Source of the DNA: Octopus sinensis
Lineage: Eukaryota
Direction of reading: 5' to 3'
DNA length: 64,000 nt
Assembly: GCF_006345805.1 (NCBI RefSeq)
Contig: NC_042997.1
Coordinates: 13,020,001 to 13,084,000, forward strand
The position numbers and the translations under genes are program-made. The notes beneath the pieces were generated by a model. The model ran no database searches and was not told where the DNA came from. It worked only from the letters and a program-made list of their open reading frames with translations. This document shows positions 28,130-40,934 of this stretch, piece after piece (positions within the stretch are counted from its first letter, which is position 1; each line of letters begins with the position of its first letter).

Positions 28130-28340
28130 TTAGACTTCTGCCATGGTGGTGCACCGCGTTGAAGGCTTTTAGTGGAACGAATCGATCTTAATACTAATTG
28201 TTTTAAACCCGGCACTATTTCTATCGTTATGTTGCAGGGACATTATCAAACAAGTAGCTGCTGCCAAGCAGTAGGGGACAATGCAATCACAGAGACACAG
28301 ACACACGAACGCACACATATACATACACGCACAAACACAC
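28130..28340 (-). mobile_element. Degenerate family C SINE tail
   Basis: gccatggtggtgcaccgc...cacagagacacagacacac. Confidence 0.55.
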
Positions 28341-29277
28341 ACACAGTTTTTAATAATAAAAAAGAAGCAACTACAACTTAATTTGTAACATAGTTTAATG
28401 AATATTACTGCAATAATATTCATTAAATATAAAATGTGTATCTGTGGTTATGTATATGTGCCTGTGTGTTTTATGTGTATATGTGTCTGTATGTATGTAT
28501 AGTGTTATGTGTTATATATATATATATATATATATATAATGTAAGGTATGTATATTGAAAGGCATTTAAGTATAAAAAGTTACCAATATGATGAACAGAA
28601 ATGGCATTATTCTTACCACATCAGTAGGTCGTGACACATTCACCAATTAGATAATTATGAAATAACAACATTACTACTGATAGCTGGTGTCAATTAACGT
28701 GTCTTTTTCTTTCATTTCCGATTGCAAGCATCCGGTAGTGAACATCTATGGGAATTGATTCAAACGTAGCTTTTATAAAAACAATCTAAATCATGTTGAT
28801 GTAAATGTGAGTGATTGAGAAAAGATGACAATGAAATGGAATGATTAGAATCATTTCTTTGCCAAATGAAGCAAAAATATTTGAAAAGGCCAAGTTAAAG
28901 AGACCAAACTAAAGTATCTTACTAAAAATTACTCTAATGAAGCTGCCTGTTAAACTGAAGATTGGAAGTTTGTTGTTTATAATATGCTCTTCTTTCCAAG
29001 GGACGTTACGTTAATCCAATCGAGGCATGCAAGGGCGATTTGCAGATAGATATCCGGTATGTTCATATCTGTAAAATAAAATTTGACGCGTGTAGAGCAA
29101 AGTTTGTAAATACAAATCTGAATGTAGTTGAGCACCACAATGTCATCGTACATGCAGAGATTAACCAAAATTAGGAGTCACTAGTATTTGTCAATCATGT
29201 TTATTTTTGATCATATACACCATCAAGTGTGGTATAACACTTATCTCAGGCTATATAAGCCTATATAAGGCGGCGAG

Positions 29278-29480
29278 CTGGCAGAAACGTTAGCACGCCG
29301 GTGGAAATGCTTAGCGGTATTTCGTCTGTTTTACGTTCTGAGTTCAAATTCCGCGGAGGTCGACTTTGCCTTTCATTCTTTCGGGATCGATAAATTAAGT
29401 ACCAATTGCATACTGGGGTCGATCTAATCGACTGGCTCCCTCTCCCAAAATTTCGGGCCTTGTGCCTAGAGTAGAAATGA
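29278..29480 (+). mobile_element. tRNA-SINE family M, tail B
   Basis: ggcggcgagctggcagaaacgttagc head, B-box gagttcaaattcc, tail cccaaaatttcgggccttgtgcctagagtagaaa. Confidence 0.9.
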
Positions 29481-29569
29481 AAATATATGCATATGGGTTT
29501 GTTTATATATGTATATATATGTATGTATATATGTGTATGTATATATGTGTATGTATATATGTGTATATG

Positions 29570-29647
<78 letters not shown>

Positions 29648-29651
29648 TATA

Positions 29652-31075
29652 CAGCAGGTCGTCGTCGACTTACAACCGATCGGTTTTACGACGATTTGCG
29701 GCCCAGCACCCGGCAGCGATAATATATAGTCCAGTTGAAATCTAGTGGGTTTACTTTCTTAGAAATTATCCTGTCTACGGATGACGTCAGCTAACAAACG
29801 CTTACCCTATGTTTGGTTATCAATCACTCCTGTGGTTATCCCAAGTATTGGATGAATATTCTGTCGCAGTGACATCGAGGCAACCTCGTATTTGTTTATA
29901 AGAGGACTGCTTGAGACTCTGAAATATTTTGACTAACGCTAGGCTCGATAGAGCGCAACTCTTCCGGTGACTCTTGGTGTTTTGTCTTTGAAATTGTTTC
30001 AAAAATTATCCCCTAAAATATCTACAAAGAGGAAATTATCTTCATCTGCTCCTCAAACTGCCAAGAAAGAAAGAAAGGGCATCGATGTCGACACAAAAAT
30101 TATTGTGATTAGACATCACGTAGGAGGAAAGAAAATGGATGAGATCGCACTTAAACTGAAGTAATCACACTATATTATTTCGATAATTTTGAAGGATAAA
30201 GAAAGGATTCGTGAAGCTGTGAAAGGTTCAGTACCCATGCGATCTACAGTTATAACAAAGCAGCGGACTGGGTCCATCCAAGAAATGGAAAAATTTCCGC
30301 AAATTTGGATTGAAGATCAGATCCAAAAACCAGCATCGTTAAGTCGCTTCACTCAACAGTCGAAGGCCAGAAGTCTAGTTCAGGCTCTAAAAGAGCGTTC
30401 CGGGGAAGAATACAGCCAAGAAGCTTTAGCAAGTACTAGCTTGTCCAAAAGCTTTAAAGAAACATTCCAACTTCATAACGTTCGAGTGACTTGAGAAGCG
30501 GTGAGTGCCGACAAGGAAGCAGCTGGTAAGTTTGTAAGCTATTTGAACGAAATAATTGTGAATGAAGGCAATCTAGTAGAGCAGATTTTGACGTGGATGG
30601 AACAGGAATGTTTTAGAAACGCATGACAGTACGCACTTACATCAACAAAGAAGCCAAATGCATGTCTGGACTTAAAGCATTTAAGAACAGGCTGACTCTG
30701 CTACTTGGCGGGAACATCGCAGGATTTAAGCTGAAACCTTTTTTTATTTGCTACTCAGAAAACTTGTGTGCATTCAAGAATGTAGATAAGCTCACATTAC
30801 CCGTCTGCTTTCGTTTTCAACCTAAGCATGGATGACATGGGGACTGTTTGAAGCTTTGTTTCTGAATTGTTTTATTCCTCAAGTTCGTGGATATTTTTTT
30901 GAGAGGAATTCCTTTCAAGATTTTATTGCTTCTAGATAATGCGCCTGGACATCTCGGTGTCTTTTCCGTCGAACACGATTCCACTCGTCCAGCCAATAGA
31001 TCAAGGTTCATTTGCTACACTGAAGGCTAACTATCTTCGAACCACCTTCGCTCAAGCCATAGCCGCCGACCAAGT
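29652..31075 (+). mobile_element. Tigger/pogo DNA transposon, decayed and 3'-truncated (CENP-B-like HTH plus DDE_1 transposase)
   Basis: TA|CAGCAGGTCGTCGTCGACTTAC left-TIR-like start; translation RKGIDVDTKI, WIEDQ, KNRLTLLLGGN, KILLLLDNAPGH, QPIDQG; stops and frameshifts; no right TIR found. Confidence 0.9.
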
Positions 31076-31300
31076 ACTATCACTGGTTACCAATTATCCC
31101 CCCTAGCAAACAAAATCCCTAACACCAAACGGTATACAATACTCAAACATTTGAAAGGCGTTAGTGAAACCGGTTGTATTATGTTGGAAGAAAAAATCTT
31201 ATTTTGTTTAATAATGTATAATACTTTTGCTATGATGATTCTAATATATTCATTACTTGTGTAAAACAAATCTGTTTTTCATTCTTTCTCTCTTCTTATA

Positions 31301-31740
31301 TGTGATGGAGAAGACGCAGGCTGGAAAGCGGAACATTTTCCTATCGAAGTCGGATGAAGAGGGTTTGTAGGACACAGCGTGAGACGACTGTTGTTATCGC
31401 TAGGCCTAACTCATCGTAAAGTCAATACCACCATGACTGATATCCAATCTACAGTGGAGAAGGCTAGCCACTGGATTTGGTTAAAAAGAGACGATGAGCG
31501 ATGGCTAGAAGTATATTGAGTTCTTCATAACCAGCTGATCTAGCAAGCGGGGCCTCATATCAGTGAGGGCCGGTGCGCATTGATGCCGTTGTGAGGTAGG
31601 CCCCGAAACGGCGCGCATTCACTCCTGATGACCCCATACACTTGCTAGCTTCCGATATACGGAGCTTTTAACTGGTAGCACTTGCATGTGCAAGTTGTTT
31701 GCAAGACATATACATGTGTGTGTATCAGTTGAATAAAGTT
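31301..31740 (+). mobile_element. 3' end of an RLE-type non-LTR retrotransposon (HERO/NeSL-like) with structured 3' UTR
   Basis: In-frame GWKAEHFPIEVG*RGFVGHSVRRLLLSLG...VEKASHWIWLKR, stop at 31517-31519; motif recalled as typical of HERO C-termini. Confidence 0.72.
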
Positions 31741-32980
31741 AAAACAGTCTGGTTTTCACGTTTTTTATTATAGAATTTTAACAAAATTAACGCTTTCATA
31801 CATTGTGTACTCTGCAGATTTCAAATGTGTTTAACTGACAATTGAGTTCTTGACAACTTTAGTCTATATACACACGCATACACTCATTTAATATGCCATA
31901 TTGTGAAAGTATAACGGAAACACGTAATTGCTTTGATGCTAACTTCTCGACCAGAATGTTACTTCATAAAATTTTTTAAATTTCCGAAATATTTTAGAAC
32001 TAATATTTCAGGGTTTTCTCCCATGGAAAACATTTTACCATAGTCTACAAGTGAGTAATTGAGGGTTGGCGTATTTATTTTACTATTTTATCTTCCATTA
32101 CTGATTTTACTTAATATTTTTAAAATTACGTAGCGAAGACCATTTATTTAAATATAGAAACGAAATTATAGAAAGAGTTTACAATGTTTTTTTTTTTTTT
32201 TTTTTCAACATCGATACTTAGCAGATCATTTTAGAAATATATTGCTAAACTTTAGTATTTTGTAGCCATTTTTTAAAAAACTGCGTTTCTATTTATTATT
32301 TACTTACAACGAAAAGAAGTTAGGGTGAAAGATAATGTATTTCTGTTCAGCAACAAAATAGTACAAACAAGGAAGTCAGTGTACATAAAACACAACGTTA
32401 GTTATTTTTCTTTTGTTTTCTTTTTTTGTAAGTTTGAAGGAACATCTGCGCTCAGAAAGTGTACGTATATGAGTAGTGTCCATGTACATAAAAACTCACA
32501 TTCATTCTCGCATTCATATACAAATGTACCCATATGGAGTTGTATTGATATATGTACTTCTCGGTCTCACTATTTAAAAGTGTTCAAAAGTACACTCTCT
32601 CACACACATACTCTCTCTCTCTCACTCACGCACATTTTCTTTCTGTCTCTTTCTCTTCATTTTTCTTTATCTCTACGCCGCACATAAATACACATACATA
32701 CATACACATACATACATACACACACACACACAAACACACGCACTCCCACAGACACAGACACAAACACACACATACACATATATACTGATGATCTATTATT
32801 TCTTTTTGTATATATGATGTATTAGTCTATAAACGCTCTTAAACTTTCTGGCTTTTTTTCTCAATTAATCTAAATGTATCCCTAAGTTGTTTTATGATAT
32901 ATATTTGTATGTATTTATTTATATATATATACATATATATATATGTATGTATTTATATATATATATACATATATACATAC

Positions 32981-33026
<46 letters not shown>

Positions 33027-33149
33027 TACACACGCACATATATATGCATGTATGTATGCATGTGTGTGTATGTATTAATCGTGGTTTAAATGGCATTAGA
33101 AAACTTTAACGCTTATTGTTTTTGCCTACTGAATTTTGTTTCTATATTG

Positions 33150-33900
33150 TACAGCTGCTTACCATACTTTTTAATTTCCGTGTCTCAAGGAAGGGGTAGT
33201 TTTCAAGGACTTCTTAGACCCATTAGGACTGGTGAGTTTCATATTTTAATATGCCTCTCGAAACTTTGCAGTTCAACATCCATGCGGAAAACAAAGCAGG
33301 AAAGAAAATGCAGAGAACTCTTGGTCTGAGAAAGGAGTACAGGTGTTCTTGATTATTGCAGCTACTAAGGAGTTTAAAGACCACGAAATTAGTTAGAATT
33401 GAAGTGATGAGTGGCTCAGAAATACCTAAATACACTTGACATGAGGCTATCGAGTTCTACGTACATGAAGGAGAAAAAAGGCAGAGAAAGGAAAGAGTGT
33501 TTGTGTGTGAAAGGTTGGATTCTGTCCGTGTAAATTTATGGCAGTCATTCAGACGGCCTTTTCTTAATGACATCTGTAAGGAGGTGTGCCGCAGTGTAAC
33601 GTTTATGTATGACAGCAATACTCCATCATGTGTCCCACCTGAGCTTTGTAGAGTATAAATTATGTTGGAGTCGGATATGTTCTTGTCCTGAAACGAAAGG
33701 CCTGGTTTGGAATGTGGCCCTGGATGACCTTTCCCGAGGAGAGAGTTCTGGTAAAAAAAGCAGTAAGAAATAGTACTCGTGCGGTTTCGAGTGCGTCTAT
33801 GTTCTTCTTTCTTTCATTTTATGACTGGAATTTTATGTTCTTTTTTTGTTAAAGATACGTTATTAATCTCTTTCCCCTGGGTGGTGCATTTCCAAACTGT
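33150..33900 (+). mobile_element. Highly decayed L1/Tx1-like LINE 3' region
   Basis: LWQSFRRPFLND followed, across a frameshift, by CPQC...CP resembling the C-terminal zinc knuckle; many stops. Confidence 0.35.
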
Positions 33901-33950
33901 GAATGTACTTCACTCAACACACTAATAGACATATACTCATTAGTCCAAAC

Positions 33951-34006
<56 letters not shown>

Positions 34007-34007
<1 letters not shown>

Positions 34008-34079
34008 CACTGTGACCGACCAGGCTATCAGATGTTGCTATACATCGCTGGTTACAATGCGCTTCGCATTGTTTTGGCA
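34007..34079 (-). mobile_element. Family R SINE tail X fragment
   Basis: gtgaccgaccaggctatcagatgttgct...gcttcgcattgtttt matches 35095-35170. Confidence 0.85.
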
Positions 34080-34655
34080 TGAACTGAAAAGGAGATACTG
34101 TTTTGAGTCTGTTGGTTTGTAGTAGATGTCAGTTGCAATTTGGTTCTTGGATTTTTTTATAATCAAAATGTCCAGAAATGGGAGCTTTCCTTGTTATATT
34201 CCATTGTAAATTGAATATTAGAGTTTATATTGTTCAGTGTAGATTTGAAATCCAGAAGTTTATCATAGGTTGCATTCCAAATGATAAAATGATCGTCTAC
34301 ATACCTTTTCCAGTTTTCTCTTATATACTGGTAAAATGGAGTCCAAGTTTCTGGAACGAAAGTTCGTATTGTGTAAATTTAAAGAAGCCGAATTTTAGGT
34401 TCGCAAGGTCAGGTGCTACTTTTGTTCGCATCGCAATACCACATTTTTGGCGGTAGTATGTTTTCTTCGAATAGGAAGTAATTGTTTTGTAGGATGAACT
34501 TCAGAGATTGAATGTCAAAAGTCTGGTTCATACGGTCCGGGTGAATTTCGGGGTAATTTTCTAACCAGAATTTTATTGCCTCTAATCCGTAGTCATGTGG
34601 AATGCTAGTGTAGAGGTTGATGACATCGAAGGAAACCTGCTCATACAAAAGTACA
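34080..34655 (-). mobile_element. PLE RT fragment (third lineage)
   Basis: VSFDVINLYTSIPHDYG, GIAMRTKVAP.LANL, WKRYVDD, TDIYYKPTDSKQYL. Confidence 0.9.
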
Positions 34656-35061
34656 GACCATACCTTAATATACAAACTTGACCACCTGATCCTTACACAT
34701 TCCTATTTCAAGAAATATAATGAGGAGTTAGTTGCCAACTGTTGCCTCCCTTTGGCCACTCTCTAGACTCATTCTTACTTTTCATGTATCCAAAATGGCA
34801 AAACTCCTGTGTCACAAGAAATGATCGATTCACAATGTCACTTGAAAGCTAATGTAAATAGCGAAAACCGGTTGGATATCACGATATCCATAACATATGT
34901 ATGTGTATATATACTTATATATATATATAAAAGTTATAAATAGATATTAAACTATGTGAAACGAAGGCAATTCTCTTCCACTTTTTATATACGTTTTTCC
35001 ATATTTTCAACTCATAATTTTACCACGTTGTGTATACTGATTCTCCAGTATTTTTGCTCCT

Positions 35062-35094
<33 letters not shown>

Positions 35095-35096
<2 letters not shown>

Positions 35097-35370
35097 ATGT
35101 GACCACGTGACCGACCAGGCTATCAGATGTTGCTACACATCGCTGGTCACAATTCGCTTCGCATTGTTTTAGCCTTCAAATGACGCCACCCCGCTGGCTT
35201 AGCGAGCAAACCAACAGAAGAAAGAGTACAACAGGGATTTCCACCACCCACTGACGGAGCCTCGGGGAGCTTTAGGTGTTTTCGTTCAATAAACACTCAC
35301 GGTCTGGGAATAGAAACCGCGATCCTACGACCGCGAGTCCGCTGCCCTAACCACTGGGCCATTGCGCCTC

Positions 35371-35372
<2 letters not shown>
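35095..35372 (-). mobile_element. Family R SINE, tail X
   Basis: Reverse complement of the 21190-21490 type; head ggaggcgcaatggcccagtgg. Confidence 0.88.
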
Positions 35373-35416
<44 letters not shown>

Positions 35417-35466
35417 GTTAATCCAAACAAGGAAACACAGAAAAAAACACAGCAACGCGAGTACGT

Positions 35467-35497
<31 letters not shown>

Positions 35498-35697
35498 GGG
35501 TGGGGGAGAATTCACAAAAAAATCACACAAGACGAAGACAGGTAGTGTAAACAAACAAACAGATATATTAGTTTAACCCTCGGAAAGTGAAAAAGTCTTA
35601 AACGTTTCGAGCCTACGTTTTTCCACAGGAAGGAAAACAAAAGGAAACAAGGAGAGGAAATAAAGAATGTATAGTGGCTAGCGGTCTACCATGGCGA
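35498..35697 (-). mobile_element. Solo PLE tail with degenerate hammerhead (core CUGUGGA)
   Basis: Homologous to 7713-7925; starts cgccatgg and ends at (TA)n; stem II mutated to AAAC/GCUC. Confidence 0.85.
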
Positions 35698-36803
35698 AAA
35701 CTGCTGTTTAGCAACGTATTACCAGAAAGGAAAACTACAATTGTCATTAAACATGACTGAGTTTGTTTGAACACCTACAATGCTAGAAATAAGAGCTAAA
35801 GCTCTCTGATACGGAAGTCACATCACATAATTGTATACATAATACAAACAGCGACCGTAAACGGAAGTCCAGATATCCTTGTAATATCGGACAGTTTTGC
35901 ATTTAACATAGAAACCTCTTAAGCAGGGTCGGAACGATTCGCCACATTCTGGACAAGATCTCTACTAGCATATATGTCTACACCACAGAAATCTGTGGAT
36001 GATTTAGCGAATCGCTAATGTGTATGCAAATAATTAAATTCGGCAGCGGTTTGGCAATATATTACGAAAAAGGAAACCTGTAATTGTCATTAAATACGAC
36101 TAAAGTTATTAGAAAACCTACAATTCTAGAAATAAGGGTCATCTCACCGTGTTATCTTGATGACCCCATTTATGTTTAATTTATGCAAATTGTATAAACC
36201 AAAATGTGTGCCCTATTCAGTTTTGTATATAGTTACAAGCTTCATTCACCGAAAATGTAGAGTAGATGCTTTTCTTATGACGGCTATTATGACAGTCTCG
36301 TCCTCACAGCTAAACCCCTGTCTTATGAAAATCTTAACGGTATGCCAGTTTAGGAGTATATTTGATTCCTGTAGTCATCCCCACTTCTCATTTAAATTTG
36401 GTATTGGTCTAACGTCACTGGAAGCAGGAAAAATTTGCATAAATCAAGAAATTATCTTTTACGTTATTTATTCCTATTTTCCTTTATATATACTGGCTGC
36501 AGCCATATAATATATATCTCTCCATGTAATTGTTTCTCTACGTGTTTTTGTGTACTTACTGTTTGGCATTTTCTTTAAGCTTGTCTTTCAGTGTGGAAGA
36601 ATAGCGTTTAAAATGAGATACACCAGAGGGATACATGCACGTCATAAGTGAACTCATACGCCACCATGTAAAACTTTCCAAAAGTTTAATATATAATCAT
36701 ACGTACTGACGTTTCGATGTGCAACTATATGTACGAGTATACATACATAAAACAAAACGCATAGTTCTGCGCAGGCACTGAATCCAAATCCATGCGTATC
36801 TAC

Positions 36804-36881
36804 CTTGTTGATGCTGTTGGAATTCCAGTGATGAAGCCTTGGATCGCAGTTAGAAACCGGCTTCTTCCACTAGCACGAAAC
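36804..36881 (-). CDS. Candidate 78-nt symmetric phase-2 exon (xFRASGRSRFLTAIQGFITGIPTASTx)
   Basis: Acceptor gagtttttctAG, donor AAG|GTAGAT, single open frame, higher GC than flanks. Confidence 0.3.
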
Positions 36882-38419
36882 CTAGAAAAACTCAATAATA
36901 ACATAGATACATATTTAGGTACAAACATACATATTCATCTTAATGCATGTAGTTGTATGGTTCTAGGAGTAAATGCTATGCTCTTAATATTTACATTTTG
37001 AAAACATGAGTCAGCATTCTACTTTTAAAAATGTAGTATATTGATATGTTAAAACTTACATACGTTTACGAACTTGCTTATAAATACATTATACGCAAAG
37101 GCACATATATACCCCGAACAGCTCCACACATATCACATACATATATGCATTAAATATATTTATACAATATCGAGTGAAATGCAGTACCGCCTATAACTTC
37201 AACTGGGAATATATACCTTTGCGTGTTTGTGTGTGTATGTGTGTTTGTGTGTGTTTGTGTGTGTGAGTGTGTTTGTCTGTGTACTTGTGCGCGTGTATTT
37301 GTGTAGGGGGTGCATGTATGTAAGGGTATGAGAGCTATTTTGTGTGGGTAGATGTCAGTGATCGCTGTCTCTTCTCTCTTTATTTGTATATAAAAGGACA
37401 AATTAGTTTAGCTTACAGCTGAATGTATTATTGTAAGTAATAATAATGCTGCAGAGGGTAGAGTGGGTGGTTTTGTGAAATGTGGTGGTGCACATGCTAC
37501 TGAAAAGCTTTGCTTAACAAAATACTCTGTTCCATTTTCTTTCTTTCGACCCAATACAAATTGCACACAGTCCTCATATATATATATATAGATACATACA
37601 TACATGTGTGTTCGTGTGTATATATCAATATATATACTTATACATATACACATACAGTTAAATACTTAAATATTTGCATATGCATATATATACACATATA
37701 TGCATAGGTGTATATATATATATATATATATATATACGCATATATATGTGGGCGTGTATATTCATATATATATATATGCATATATGTATGAATAAATGCA
37801 TGTATATATATATGTGTGTATATAATCATATATTCATAGATGTATATATATATATATATACATACATACATACCTATATCTATATATATGCATGTGTATA
37901 TACATATATATATACATACATATATATAAATATATATGTATGTATTTTTGTATATATATATATATATATACATATATGCATGCATACATACGCAGATATA
38001 TTCATATACGCGAGCATATGTGCATGCACAACGTACGTATGTATAATATATAAATGTGTGTTTGAACATCAACAATTATGCGATATACGATTGAAGAAAA
38101 ACAATAAACCTTCAAGCAACAGCTCGTATTCATTCTGAAGTAAATAGTCTTTCGATGTAAGCGTAACCGGAGGCTGTATTCTTGCATGCGAAGTTCTGGG
38201 CACCAATTGTATAGATTGATGGATATTTTCCATACTTTCTTGTTCTTGGGCTTCAGGCAAAATATTCAACTATTTATTTCCCAAGAAGACATAATCATTT
38301 CGGTGAGTTCGGGTTTAGAAACAATATTTATAAAATTTCTCATTATTATCAACAACTAAGCATTTCTGTGTAAGAGCAATTGAAATAATTTTGAACACAA
38401 CGCCTATGAAACAAGAACA

Positions 38420-38427
38420 GCAGTAGT

Positions 38428-38470
<43 letters not shown>

Positions 38471-38656
38471 GTAACAACAACCACAACTGTATCATAACAA
38501 CAACGCCAGCAACAACGACACCACCGTTCTCACTGAAATAACAATGCACATGAGATCAATCTATTTCTTGCTCATATTGATTATTACTATTATTACAATT
38601 CTTGTTCATACTGTTGTTACTGTTATTTTTATTTTTACTATTATTACTCTTATTAC

Positions 38657-38701
<45 letters not shown>

Positions 38702-38753
38702 AAGTAGTCGCACTAGCAGCAGCAGTAATAGTAGTAGTAGTAGCAGCAGCAGC

Positions 38754-38803
<50 letters not shown>

Positions 38804-38840
38804 CAGTAGTAGTAGCAGTAGTGGTGGTGGTGGTAGTGTA
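38420..38840. repeat. (AAC)n, degenerate (TTA)n and (AGT/AGC)n trinucleotide arrays
   Basis: Tandem units read directly; source of the poly-S and poly-L ORFs. Confidence 0.95.
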
Positions 38841-39082
38841 TTATCAACGTAATTAGGAGCAGTAACTGTGAAGGTAAGATGGAGTAATGTCTCTGATTCG
38901 AGTTACTGCGAGTGATAGTAAGAAGTAAATATAAGGAAACTTCAGACGTATATCATGTGTCAGAGTAGACGTAATATATTTAAACATTATCATATACACA
39001 TATAAATATATATGCAGAGTATATCCCTATGGCTAATATGAGTTGCATATTCAGTACATATATATACATATATATATTCTTT

Positions 39083-39410
39083 TCAGACCGGGCGTTGTGT
39101 GTGTTTATTGAGCGAAAACACCTAAAGCTCCACGAGGCTCCGGCAGGGGGTGGTGGCGACCCCTGTTGTACTCTTTCGCCTCAACTTTCTCTCACTCCAC
39201 TCTTACTTCCTGTTTCTGTTGTACCTGTATTTCAAGGGGCCGGCCTTGTCACTCTCTGTGTCACGCTGAATATCCCTGAGAACTACGTTAAGGGTGCACG
39301 TGTCTGTGGAGTGCTCAGCCACTTACACGTTAATTTCACGAGCAGGCTGTTCCGTTGATTCGGATCAACCGGAACCCTCATCGTCGTAACCGACGGAGTG
39401 CTTCCATCCA
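39083..39410 (+). mobile_element. Family R SINE, 5'-truncated, tail Y
   Basis: cagaccgggcgttgtg...aagctccacgaggctccggc body followed by tail Y. Confidence 0.88.
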
Positions 39411-39419
39411 TATATATTC

Positions 39420-39818
39420 TTTTATTCTTTTACTTGTTTCACTTAATTAACAGCGCTCATGTTTGAGCACCGCCATGAAAGGTTTTATCCTAGTCCTTAG
39501 TTTATCGGTTCCTATTGCACAACCGCTAATTTACTGGGACGCAAACACACAAACACCGGTTGTCAAGTGGTGATGCAGAAAACCACAGGCACAAAGACAA
39601 ACAGATACACACACACACATACACATACACATAATATAAATATATATCTACAACGAGCTTCTTTCGGTTCCCGTCTACCAAATCCACTCACAAGGCCTTA
39701 GAAGACCACATTTCCCCATGGTGTCACGCTGCGCGACTGAACCCGGTACTATGAGGTTGGGAAGCAAGCTTCTTCCTACACAGTCACACCCGTGCCTATA
39801 CGTGGCCACACCTACGCC
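39420..39818 (-). mobile_element. Family C SINE
   Basis: Head and tail motifs of family C on minus. Confidence 0.82.
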
Positions 39819-39904
39819 TATATATACATATATATATGTGTGTATATATATATGTATGTGTGTGTGTGTTCTCGCTTTGTTTTGAGTATCTCTTTTATTG
39901 AGTT

Positions 39905-40310
39905 AAATGCTTTCAACCGTGTTCTTATTCGCTTTGGAATTTAGCTACAGCGCATAGGATCATGGAAAATCCATGATAGGAATATCTATTCGAAAGCATA
40001 TTCTAAATGAGATAATTCGAAAATAAAGCAGAGTGAACGATGTGAGAGCAGAATAACCGAAGTAGAATTTCCGCTTGGCTGAACATGTCACAAGGTTCAC
40101 AGACGACAGGTGGACCACGCAGATGCCGAGGGGCATCCAAGAGACAACAAAATGCCGCTTGGAAGGCCTCCACGAAGATGCAAAGACGAGTTAGTTAAGC
40201 AATTCGGGTCAAGATGGAAAATAATGGCGTAATCAAACAGAATTGGAAGTGCATCGTGACCAGCGGTGTATAGCAGCATATGACAGTATGGTCGATACTG
40301 TGAGACGATG
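39905..40310 (+). mobile_element. RTE-clade LINE 3' end, decayed
   Basis: GISIRKHILNEIIRK, WAEHVTRFTDDRWT, PRDNK.PLGRPPRR.KDE..K.FG.RW. Confidence 0.8.
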
Positions 40311-40350
40311 AGACACACATACACACAAACATACATATGTATATGGATAA

Positions 40351-40383
<33 letters not shown>

Positions 40384-40463
40384 GAGAGAGATAGTTTCTT
40401 TATTAGCCACACAGGGCTGCACACAGATAGAACAAATTACAAGGTAGAGCTTTTCTTTTGAAG

Positions 40464-40497
<34 letters not shown>

Positions 40498-40611
40498 GGG
40501 GGGAGTTTCGATCAAAAGGGATCGTAAAGGAGAGAAAAGAGGACAAAAAAAAGGGGGGTTAAAAAAAAAAAAAAAAGAGGGAGGGAGAGGAAAAAAAAAA
40601 AAAAAAAAGAG

Positions 40612-40669
<58 letters not shown>

Positions 40670-40934
40670 GCAGACAGGTGGGCAGACAGATAGATTCCGA
40701 TTGTGAATTATCAGTTGTGAGATCAACTGAATGAAAATGCTGATTTAATTAGCATATAAACTGCCGAGTATTCTCAGAGACAGTGTATCCTAATTAAATT
40801 GGGTGGAAGCTGTGTGACGGGAAATGAGACTTTGGATTTATATGTACACTCTATCCTACAGTTTTCCACGCTGTTTCCCTAACTCATTTCCATTCACATG
40901 TTACTGACTATAGAAAACGTCATTGTTACAGGTC

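Noticed and set aside
31355-31357. In-frame TGA at the Cys of EVG(C)RGF as possible selenocysteine, with the downstream structured UTR as a SECIS
   Set aside because: The UTR stem lacks the 3' GA of the SECIS quartet, and a single TGY-to-TGA change in a dead fragment is simpler.
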